A stretch of DNA of 37,250 nucleotides from Octopus bimaculoides (taxonomy: Eukaryota): positions 39,133,000 through 39,170,249 of the forward strand of contig NC_068988.1 of NCBI RefSeq assembly GCF_001194135.2, in the 5' to 3' direction. The notes under the pieces were generated by a model. It did no database searches. It saw nothing but the letters and a program-made list of their open reading frames with translations, and had not been told where the DNA came from. This document shows, one piece after another, positions 11,273 through 21,529 of this stretch. Within the stretch, counting starts at the first letter, position 1. The number at the start of each line of letters is the position of its first letter. The translations under genes and the position numbers were made by a program.

Positions 11273-11335
11273 TCTTTTATTGTTTTATATGCTTCAGTCA
11301 TTTGACTGCAGCCATGCTGGAGCACTGCCTTGAAA
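11273..11335 (-). mobile_element. SINE family 2, 3' terminal fragment
   Basis: GCTTCAGTCATTTGACTGCAGCCATGCTGGAGCACTGCCTTGAA. Confidence 0.75.
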
Positions 11336-11593
11336 AATTAATGAGGTCTCTATGTATGTATGTGTACCTATATATGTGTGTATATATATGTATACATACG
11401 ATCATCTTCTACCATCAGACGTACCTACACACCTACATATGCATGTTTGTGCGTTTGTATAATGGTACTATTAATTATATAGATGGGAGAAGGCTATCTC
11501 AATACATAAATCATTTAATACATACATATATACATACATACATGCTTGCATGCACACATACAGAAATACATGCAAACATATATGTATGAGTAC

Positions 11594-11642
11594 GTTATTT
11601 ACACCACCTGTCCTCGTCTGTTGTTATTTTTTGTATATTCTC

Positions 11643-11650
<8 letters not shown>
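11594..11650 (-). mobile_element. (TA)n-anchored element terminus (Penelope-like by inference)
   Basis: Reverse complement ATATATGGGAGAATATACAAAAAATAACAACAGACGAGGACAGGTGGTGTAAATAAC differs at one position from the copy at the window end (~37188-37244). Both begin in (TA)n. The strand shown is reading direction only. Confidence 0.6.
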
Positions 11651-11680
<30 letters not shown>

Positions 11681-11727
11681 GCACGCACACACACACACAA
11701 ACACACACACATACACATACACATATA

Positions 11728-11915
11728 TAGTTGAAATCTATACAGAAGCAAAAGTCGAAGACAGGTGTATAAACAACAAAACAAGTGTATTAGCTTGACG
11801 CTCGGGAATGTGAAAATGCTTTTTACGTTTCGGGCCCACGCTCTTCAACAGAAAGGAATAAGAGAAAATAGAGAGAGAATAAAAAAACTTGTGGATTTAG
11901 CGGTCAAGCATGGCG
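11728..11915. mobile_element. Microsatellite-anchored Penelope-like terminal fragment with hammerhead-like motif
   Basis: Shares GA(A/G)GACAGGTG...AAA(C/T)AAC with the 11594-11650 terminus. The minus strand 11851-11824 reads CTGTTGA-A-GAGCGTGGGCCC-GAAA-CGTA. Confidence 0.5.
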
Positions 11916-11970
11916 ACTGATTAGGAAGAAAGTTTGAAAGAAGAGGTTGACGTGTGCATATTTATATGCA

Positions 11971-12006
<36 letters not shown>

Positions 12007-13382
12007 AACACACATTCGATTATGTATGCACNNNNNNNNNNTGTGTGTGTGTGTGTGTGTGTGTATGTGAACACACATTCGATTATGTATGCACTAATGC
12101 TTTTTGCATGGAGAAAAAAAGTGTGAGGAAGGCGGAAAGAGAGATATAGAGAACATTCTTTCATCAATTTATATATTTTCAATAAGCATTCACAGTACAT
12201 ATATCCGCATACAGACTAAAACATAATATGTTTGTGATCATACTTGCATAATCCCGTATATACTTTATTCACTTTACATGGATACGAACACTGAAGCAAA
12301 GAAAATTCTATGTGAAATGTATTAATACACAAGTCCATACATTTGTAAATACGTGTCTGTATATACAGGCTGATGTATTTTGATTTTAAAGCTGGAAACA
12401 CTTCAAAAGTTAACGTAGAGGGCTCGAGTTTCCTGTATGTCACACGTCAAAACTATTTGACGAATGTGATACGCGAGACTAAAGGCCAGTGAATAACTGC
12501 CTAATGTTTACAAAGTAAATGAAATTTTTGTATTCTACACAACGTATTGAATAGATTTCTTTTGTTTGTAATCACACAATAACAGAATGACACAAGACTG
12601 GAACTTTCAATTATAGGTGGTAGAATCCACCAGACAGGGTTTGATACAGCTTCCGTCAACCAAATTTCATTCTCAAGGTTTGCATCGACCTTTGACTTCA
12701 GAAACTGACGTTTGCCTAATATACTATCTAATGGAAGCGAAGCCGTCACCCCGCGGCAAAACAAACAGACTTATGTGTTCGGATATATGCAGATATACAG
12801 GGAGGTATATATATATATATATATNNNNNNNNNNNNNNNNNNNNNNNNNNNNNNNNNNNNNNNNNNNNNNNNNNNNNNNNNNNNNNNTATATATGTTTGG
12901 AAGGTCAAGGCTAGGAAAAAAACAGGAGAGTGGAGACATACAAGGAAACCGAACGAAAGCAGAAATGGAGGATCATTAGACCAGAACGAGGGTAAAATAT
13001 CGAACGCTGGAGAAATATTTTCTTTGAAAAGAGAAAAGATAGAAGAGAGATACAATACGTCCAGTCCTTAGGAAAGTCCTGAAGGAAAAGAAAGGTGATC
13101 ATGTGAGGAAAAGAAAGATGGACGACAGTATGAGCAGCGAGAAAAGGAAAAGAGAAAGAAGGGGGAGAGGCAGATAGAAAATAGTGAGGGGACAAAAAGG
13201 GAATTAGTTAAAAGGATGGGGGAGAAAACAGTATAGAGTCGCATCAAAAAGATTAGGATAAACTTACTTGGAAATGGATGTGTGACGTTCAATCAAATAA
13301 TAATATATATTACATATATACATAGAAGTAGACAGACAGACAGACAGACAGACACACACACACACACACACACATATATATC

Positions 13383-13460
13383 GAAGCGCTAGTTACGGGG
13401 AAGTAAACATAGCAACACCGGTTGTCAAGCGGTGATGAGGGGACAAACACAGACACGGAG
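13383..13460 (-). mobile_element. SINE family 2, internal fragment
   Basis: GCGCTAGTTACGGGGAAGTAAACATAGCAACACCGGTTGTCAAGCGGTGATGAGGGGACAAACACAGAC. Confidence 0.7.
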
Positions 13461-13505
13461 ACACGCAAACACACGCACACATACAGACACACAAGCACAT
13501 ACACG

Positions 13506-13546
<41 letters not shown>

Positions 13547-13559
13547 CTGTGCCTATATA

Positions 13560-13599
<40 letters not shown>

Positions 13600-14009
13600 A
13601 GTACATATTTATATATATATATATATGTATGTATATATATACACACATACAATTACGCTTGTATATATATATATGGAAGTTTGATATAAATCGTTGGGCT
13701 TACTAACATGTGATACCCATTAAGAGTTACTCAAAAGCAGTTAAACTTCCCATATACGATTAATTTCTCCCCTTGTTCTTTTCTTATCTGATAGCGTCAA
13801 TAGGTTTTCTCGACTGGAGTCAAATAAACAGCAGATTCTGTTAGAATAATATGAAGATCAACATATTTTCAAACCTCATTTCTCACTCCTTGTCCGCTGC
13901 CATCTTCTGTATTTTCTCATTTGCTTCTCCAGGGTATGTTAGAGACTGTTTGTGTAATGTCTATTTGTCTATGTTCATTTAATATGCGTATTTGTGTGTG
14001 CATTGTGCG

Positions 14010-14108
<99 letters not shown>

Positions 14109-14168
14109 ATGTGTGTGTGTGTGTGTGTGTCTGTCTGTCTGTGTCTGTCTGTCTGTCTGTCTGTTTGC

Positions 14169-14232
<64 letters not shown>
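14010..14232. repeat. Compound microsatellite (TCTA)n-(TCTG)n-(TG)n-(TCTG)n-(TCTA)n
   Basis: Directly visible. Confidence 0.95.
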
Positions 14233-15230
14233 TAAGACCTAAATTGTTCTCAACATGAAATATAGCAGCATACCAAAAACGTGAGCGGGCAAGACATTTA
14301 AAANNNNNNNNNNNNNNNNNNNNNNNNNNNNNNNNNNNNNNNNNNNNNNNNNNNNNNNNNNNNNNNNNNNNNNNNNNNNNNNNNNNNNNNNNNNNNNNNN
14401 NNNNNNNNNNNNNNNNNNNNNNNNNNNNNNNNNNNNNNNNNNNNNNNNNNNNNNNNNNNNNNNNNNNNNNNNNNNNNNNNNNNNNNNNNNNNNNNNNNNN
14501 NNNNNNNNNNNNNNNNNNNNNNNNNNNNNNNNNNNNNNNNNNNNNNNNNNNNNNNNNNNNNNNNNNNNNNNNNNNNNNNNNNNNNNNNNNNNNNNNNNNN
14601 NNNNNNNNNNNNNNNNNNNNNNNNNNNNNNNNNNNNNNNNNNNNNNNNNNNNNNNNNNNNNNNNNNNNNNNNNNNNNNNNNNNNNNNNNNNNNNNNNNNN
14701 NNNNNNNNNNNNNNNNNNNNNNNNNNNNNNNNNNNNNNNNNNNNNNNNNNNNNNNNNNNNNNNNNNNNNNNNNNNNNNNNNNNNNNNNNNNNNNNNNNNN
14801 NNNNNNNNNNNNNNNNNNNNNNNNNNNNNNNNNNNNNNNNNNNNNNNNNNNNNNNNNNNNNNNNNNNNNNNNNNNNNNNNNNNNNNNNNNNNNNNNNNNN
14901 NNNNNNNNNNNNNNNNNNNNNNNNNNNNNNNNNNNNNNNNNNNNNNNNNNNNNNNNNNNNNNNNNNNNNNNNNNNNNNNNNNNNNNNNNNNNNNNNNNNN
15001 NNNNNNNNNNNNNNNNNNNNNNNNNNNNNNNNNNNNNNNNNNNNNNNNNNNNNNNNNNNNNNNNNNNNNNNNNNNNNNNNNNNNNNNNNNNNNNNNNNNN
15101 NNNNNNNNNNNNNNNNNNNNNNNNNNNNNNNNNNNNNNNNNNNNNNNNNNNNNNNNNNNNNNNNNNNNNNNNNNNNNNNNNNNNNNNNNNNNNNNNNNNN
15201 NNNNNNNNNNNNNNNNNNNNNTTATATATA

Positions 15231-15480
15231 TTTTTGGGACAATACCGTGCTGATGAACGAAATCTAGATTCATTCTAGTAATCGCGAAATCGGTCGATAC
15301 ACAGTTAAGTCTATTTAAAAGAAAGTTGGTCGTCTTCTGTTGGTTGTTTTTCCTCGCATTAGGTACTAAATGTGGTTATTTTGAGAAGTCCACTGTGTGG
15401 CGTTATTATTTTTCTGTAATAATGCCCTTTATATAAATATCACGAATAATTATATTCTTGGGAATAGAAATTTCCCTTAT
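15231..15480 (+). mobile_element. (TA)n-anchored Penelope-like terminal fragment with hammerhead-like core
   Basis: CTGATGA (15250-15256), CTAGA/TCTAG stem, GAAA (15286-15289) and GTC (15293-15295), starting ~20 bp after the TA run. The 3' boundary is uncertain. Confidence 0.45.
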
Positions 15481-15552
15481 GAATTTTTTTACACACTGGC
15501 TTCTTGATAAAATTCTTGTAAAAGAGTTTTATCCCTTTTTGAATTTATTTAT

Positions 15553-15810
15553 CTAGATAGATAGATAGATAGATAGATAGATTTCCTGGGTCGGCTTTGC
15601 GAACGAACATTTACTTGGGTTAGTGAAGTATCCACGTCATTTGTGGGCTTGTTGATGCCCGCCGAGTGTTTGCGACTAAGGAGGAACAAAACTAGCTCGA
15701 AACCTAGTCCGTATCTCAATCCCGTCGTTTGGAGAAGGATGGTAGGGTTTGGTTCCCCTGCTTGTAATATACACAGGGTGCAGGCCGCACGTATAACCAG
15801 CTGGCAGATC
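15553..15810 (-). mobile_element. Short non-autonomous retroelement with RTE-like 3' terminus and (ATCT)n tail
   Basis: Minus strand ends GACGTGGATACTTCACTAACCCAAGTAAATGTTCGTTCGCAAAGCCGACCCAGGAA followed by (ATCT)n, which resembles RTE-clade 3' ends as I recall them. No ORF. Confidence 0.45.
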
Positions 15811-15880
15811 TGTGTGGAGTTAAAACAGTAGTAACATCAAAAAGCCATATCGATGTGACGATTAACTTTACTTATTTATA

Positions 15881-16084
15881 TAAATACACCAATATCGGTT
15901 GTGAAGCAGTGGTGGGAGACAAATACAGACACAAAGGCACACACATACATAAATATACGACGGTTTTTTTTTTATCAGATTTCGTCCACCAAAATTCAAT
16001 CACAAGGCTCGAAGCTACAGTAGAAAACACATTCCCAAGATGTCACGCAGTGGGACTGAATCCGGAACCATGTAGCTAACAAAC
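15881..16084 (-). mobile_element. SINE family 2, diverged partial copy
   Basis: AATATCGGTTGTGAAGCAGTGG...GACAAATACAGACAC...TCACAAGGC...CCCAAGATGTCACGCAGTGGGACTGAATCCGGAACCATG. Confidence 0.75.
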
Positions 16085-16331
16085 TAGTCAGGTACCTACC
16101 TACCTACCTGTCAGTCTGTCTAACTGTCTGTACATGCATACATACATATATATGGTGCGTGATGCGTTTACCCATCTATGGATACCCATGAACGAGAATT
16201 AAAATATAAAATACAGTGTACAGCGTAAAAGAATACAGTATACAAAATACAAAACTATGCAAGATAGGATGTATAGTGTAAAATACACACTCACACTCGC
16301 ACACGCACACACTCACACGCACACACACTCG

Positions 16332-16364
<33 letters not shown>

Positions 16365-16484
16365 GCGCGCACACACACACGTATGTGTATATGTGTGCTT
16401 GTAAATTGTTGATGCTAGTTTTGTGATCAAGTAATAGGAGAGAGCTACACATAGCATGTTTATATCTCTTCCACTGCGTACTAC

Positions 16485-16598
16485 CATCAAATAATAGCCT
16501 CTTTCTGGTCGAATAAAAGTATCACGACATTGTTGAATGGACCGCACATATTGTGAATGTGCAATCACCTTGTCGTAATCATGAAACTCAAATTCTAC
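16485..16598 (-). CDS. Candidate internal exon (114 bp, phase 0 to 0), VEFEFHDYDKVIAHSQYVRSIQQCRDTFIRPERGYYLM
   Basis: Acceptor GTTAACTATTTATAG|G; donor ATG|GTAGTA (alternative GTA|GTACGC 3 nt later). Only phase 0 is open. Unique sequence between microsatellites. Protein not recognised. Confidence 0.3.
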
Positions 16599-17067
16599 CT
16601 ATAAATAGTTAACCTATAATACGCATTTCTTATTTCTATGACTTTCATATAGTTACGAACATACGTTTGCGTGTGTCTGTGTGTGTGTGTGCGTGTGTAT
16701 TCACTAACACATACACACATATATTAATAAATACCTCAGTAGCCGCATTAGATTTCAAAAGCCGGGTTGGTTATCCATGAAGGATCACATATCGGTAATT
16801 ATTGTGTATACAGCTCCAATGACACCGGCGAAGCACTGCTGTTTCAAACTACCTTTTAGACAGATGCACAAGGGTGGTGCTGCTATTCGTGTGAACATAC
16901 TGACAAATCCTATGCTACATTTGGCTAAATACAAGAAACAACATGAGAACTCGGAAGTGATGTATAGTCCCCGTTGTAGAAATGCTATCAAACGTGACAG
17001 ACATATTGCCTGCAATGAAAGGGCAGTTTGCTCGATATCTATTAACAACTACTATATATATATGTCA

Positions 17068-17530
<463 letters not shown>

Positions 17531-17964
17531 TACAGGGTGTTCAAAAAGTCCCTCCACAGTGAATTTTTTTCATCCTGCGCATGCGCAACTTGGCTATCAC
17601 TGCGTTGGCAGCCGGGTGTCAGTCAGATGAAAGGGAAATTAATAATGCATACTTTCAGCTAGATGGAGCTACAGCACATACTTCGCGCATCACCATAGCG
17701 TAACTTCAGAGTTTTTCGGTGAACGGATTATTTCGAAAGGACTTTGAGCACCAAGATCATCTGATTTAATACCGCCAGACTTTTTTTTTTCTGAGGTGCA
17801 AATAAAGGATCGGTGTAGAAGAATCGTCCGAAAAACATTAATGAGATAAAAGACGCAATCATAACCTTCACACGGTCCATATCGCGTCAGATGCGTCTTC
17901 TAGCATTTGTAGAAGAATCAAGTTATGTATTTAAAATGAAGGACCACACTTTAAACACCTCTTA
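17531..17964 (+). mobile_element. Internally deleted, decayed Tc1/mariner-superfamily DNA transposon
   Basis: Left end TA-CAGGGTGTTCAAAAAG; degenerate right TIR CTTTAAACACCTCTTA at 17949-17964. 17647-17893 translates, allowing for frameshifts and stops, to YFQLDGATAHTSR...FFGERIISKGL*APRSSDLIPPDFF...IKD...KNRPKNINEIKDAI. This matches the QQDGAxxH and WPPRSPDLxPxD transposase catalytic motifs. Confidence 0.85.
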
Positions 17965-17987
17965 TAAAGTTTTTTAAGGTCTTTTAT

Positions 17988-18081
17988 ATATTCTTTTACT
18001 CTTTTACTTGTTTCAGTCATTTGACTGTGGCCATGCTGGAGCACCGCCTTTAGTCGAGTAAATCGACCCCAGGACTTATTC
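17988..18081 (-). mobile_element. SINE family 2, 3' end running into a gap
   Basis: CTTTTACTTGTTTCAGTCATTTGACTGTGGCCATGCTGGAGCACCGCCTTTAGTCGAGTAAATCGACCCCAGGACTTATTC. Confidence 0.85.
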
Positions 18082-18966
18082 NNNNNNNNNNNNNNNNNNN
18101 NNNNNNNNNNNNNNNNNNNNNNNNNNNNNNNNNNNNNNNNNNNNNNNNNNNNNNNNNNNNNNNNNNNNNNNNNNNNNNNNNNNNNNNNNNNNNNNNNNNN
18201 NNNNNNNNNNNNNNNNNNNNNNNNNNNNNNNNNNNNNNNNNNNNNNNNNNNNNNNNNNNNNNNNNNNNNNNNNNNNNNNNNNNNNNNNNNNNNNNNNNNN
18301 NNNNNNNNNNNNNNNNNNNNNNNNNNNNNNNNNNNNNNNNNNNNNNNNNNNNNNNNNNNNNNNNNNNNNNNNNNNNNNNNNNNNNNNNNNNNNNNNNNNN
18401 NNNNNNNNNNNNNNNNNNNNNNNNNNNNNNNNNNNNNNNNNNNNNNNNNNNNNNNNNNNNNNNNNNNNNNNNNNNNNNNNNNNNNNNNNNNNNNNNNNNN
18501 NNNNNNNNNNNNNNNNNNNNNNNNNNNNNNNNNNNNNNNNNNNNNNNNNNNNNNNNNNNNNNNNNNNNNNNNNNNNNNNNNNNNNNNNNNNNNNNNNNNN
18601 NNNNNNNNNNNNNNNNNNNNNNNNNNNNNNNNNNNNNNNNNNNNNNNNNNNNNNNNNNNNNNNNNNNNNNNNNNNNNNNNNNNNNNNNNNNNNNNNNNNN
18701 NNNNNNNNNNNNNNNNNNNNNNNNNNNNNNNNNNNNNNNNNNNNNNNNNNNNNNNAGGGTAAAGGATTATCAATTTATTAATAAATCAATTAACAATTAA
18801 TAATTTTTACCAAGCCCATCGGTATGAAAGCACAATTATTGGTGGAGAACTTATTTAAAAGCTCATATATATTTATAAATATAATTAAGGGATCAGCAAA
18901 TACTTCGGTATATGGTGAAGCAAATATTTGCTGATCCCTTAAATATATATATATATATATATATAT

Positions 18967-19330
18967 CAAGGATAATCCTTTAGGATGGCCCTCTATGCGT
19001 TACCCATCATTCGCGACTTTTTGGCCCCGAGGCCCCGAGGCTATATTTTTTTCTCGTTTCTTATTTATTTCGTCCTTGTCCTTCGTCCAATGCCTTAAAT
19101 TAGATTTATTCACTTTCGTATGTCCATTTCTGTGTCGTTTCTTTCCTTATAATATTCACTCTCGGCCCTATATTCTCCGTAACTTTCGCGGGCACCGTTA
19201 GCATGAGAAGCTTTTCAGTCTGATCATTAATGGTGCGAAACCGAGTAATACGATCTCGTTGATAACTGATGATGAATTAGGGACCTTCCGTTTCTGTTTC
19301 AGTCCATTTATACACTCAGTATACGTTATA
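18967..19330 (+). mobile_element. (TA)n-anchored pyrimidine-rich element fragment, Penelope-like by inference
   Basis: Begins directly at (TA)n and contains a degenerate hammerhead-like fold at 19215-19269. Confidence 0.35.
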
Positions 19331-19542
19331 CGTCTTTTACTTGTCGTTTGTGTGTTTACAATACATTTTTCATTATATATATACTTTGATATGTTATGAA
19401 TGTATGTTATGTGCTTTATAACAGCATTGAAGCATTTTAGCTTTTATTTCTAGCAATGCAGGAGCTTTTCACACTCTTAATCAAATTTAGTTGAAGACTA
19501 TAATTTTCCTTTACGGTATAACATTGCAAACTGTTTTATTAA

Positions 19543-19699
19543 GGAGTGGCTGTGTGGTAAGTAACTTGCTTACCAACCGCATGGTTCCGGGTTCAATCCC
19601 ACTGCGTAGCACCTTGGGCAAGTGGCTTCTACTATAGCCTTGGGCCGACCAAAGCCTTGTGAGTGGATTTGGTAGATGGAAACTGAAAGAAGCTCGTCG

Positions 19700-19732
<33 letters not shown>

Positions 19733-20032
19733 ATGTGTGTGTGTGTGTGTAAGTATACGTATGTATATGTTTGTGTGTATGTGTGTGTCCCCCCCCCCAA
19801 CATCGCTTGACAACCGATGCTGGTGTGTTTAAGTCTCCATAGCCNNNNNNNNNNNNNNNNNNNNNNNNNNNNNNNNNNNNNNNNNNNNNNNNNNNNNNNN
19901 NNNNNNNNNNNNNNNNNNNNNNNNNNNNNNNNNNNNNNNNAGCACCTTGGGCAAGTGGCTTCTACTATAGCCTTGGGCCGACCAAAGCCTTGTGAGTGGA
20001 TTTGGTAGATGGAAACTGAAAGAAGCTCGTCG

Positions 20033-20065
<33 letters not shown>

Positions 20066-20317
20066 ATGTGTGTGTGTGTGTGTAAGTATACGTATGTATA
20101 TGTTTGTGTGTATGTGTGTGTCCCCCCCCCCAACATCGCTTGACAACCGATGCTGGTGTGTTTAAGTCTCCATAGCCTAGCGGTTCGGCAAAAGAGACAG
20201 CTAGAATAAGTACAAGGTTTACAAAGAATAAGTACTGGGGTCGATTTGCTCGAATAAAGGCGGTGCTGCATCTTGGCCACAGTCAAATGACTGAAACAAA
20301 TAAAAGAATAAAAGAAT
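19543..20317 (+). mobile_element. SINE family 2, full length (one ~450-bp element; middle duplicated around a gap)
   Basis: A-box TGGCTGTGTGG, B-box GGTTCAATCCC, ACCTTGGGCAAGT, internal (TA)n(TG)n, 3' end CAGTCAAATGACTGAAACAAATAAAAGAATAAAAG. Confidence 0.85.
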
Positions 20318-20786
20318 ATGTGTAGTGTGTGTGTGTATTAATGTGCGCGCGTGTGTGTGCGTGTGTGTGTGTGTGTATGTAGTTAAGTAAAGAAGAAATT
20401 CGAATTGGAAATCGGCTATGTTTACGTTGAGTACAATCTGACAGTCTACTTATGCCTTTGTTTTTGTTAAAAAGTTAAAAGTATGGTAGCTATCTGAGAC
20501 CGGTCTAGCGAAGCTTGCAGAACTGATAAAGAGAAATAGTTAATTCTTGTATTTTGTTTCCTTTTTGGGGAAATTGAATGGATAATGGATGTCTATTTTT
20601 TTTTGTTTTTTTTTTTGAAAACCATTCTCTATAAACGTTTCAACCGCGATAGCTATGGTGTTAATAGACAGGATAATTAAATCCTAAATAAATGGAAGTT
20701 ACGTTTTATGTTTGGGAGTAATATAGGATTGTGAAAACGTAGCGTTGCTGAAGAGGAAAGAACGATGAAAAATACAACACTACACC

Positions 20787-20832
<46 letters not shown>

Positions 20833-21180
20833 AGTGGATTCCTAGATCTGTTGAAGTGTTATATTTGCCCGACGTAAATTTCTGAATTTACTCTTAGGTA
20901 ACCAGCTGTGTTTATATCTCTCAGTGTAAATATTGATGTCTCTTCTTTTGAAAATAAACATGTTCGATGGTTCGAATTAAAACGTCATTAGGCAAAAACT
21001 CGGAGTAAGGTCTTATGTTGAAGATATAACAAGAATGAATAGATGAGATTCGAGGTGAGAAATAAGTCATAACGTATTCAGAGAAGTGTCAGAGGCCACA
21101 GTCTATTTTGTCCTGAGTATTACTTACTATTATCACAGTGGAAGCCAAGTCACACACACACACACACACACACATGCGCG

Positions 21181-21355
21181 TGTGTCTGTTTGTCCCTGTG
21201 TTTATGTCCCTGTAACATAGCGGTTCAGCGAAAAATGTCTATAAAATAAGTACCACGCTTTAAAAAAAAAATGTACCGGAGTCGACCATTCAGCTACAAA
21301 TTCTTCAAGGTGATGCCCCAGCATGGCTGCAGTGCCAAGTAAAGGATAAAAAATA
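21181..21355 (+). mobile_element. SINE family 2, diverged 3' half
   Basis: TGTGTTTATGTCCCTGTAACATAGCGGTTCAGCGAAAA...AATAAGTACC...CCCAGCATGGCTGCAGT. Confidence 0.7.
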
Positions 21356-21529
21356 CAAGATAGCCCAAACAATGGACTATTCACATCACATGCTGTTATA
21401 GAAAGCAAAAATAGGTACTTCGAGAAGGAGAGCTCGCTCACTCACATTTGTTAATTGCTGTATTACGTTACAAAGTTTTGTATACTCAAGCTCGTCTCAT
21501 ATTTTCGTAACTAAGCGAACCACTTTTCA

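Noticed and set aside
11960-12093. Duplicated (TG)n-TATGTGAACACACATTCGATTATGTATGCAC
   Set aside because: Exact copies around a 10-N gap; assembly artefact.
12586-12677. Plus-strand exon-like frame NDTRLELSIIGGRIHQTGFDTASVNQISFS
   Set aside because: Weak splice sites; conflicts with the minus-strand candidate; cannot be supported without RNA data.
12890-13290. Strongly purine-skewed block starting at a TA run
   Set aside because: Probably a repeat fragment, but I found no second copy, coding motif or ribozyme core to classify it.
19610-20176. Apparent tandem dimer of SINE family 2
   Set aside because: 19610-19843 and 19941-20174 are identical around a gap, which indicates one element assembled twice.
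20834-20895. Exon-like frames on both strands next to (CA)n
   Set aside because: Weak acceptors, and phases do not fit neighbouring candidates.
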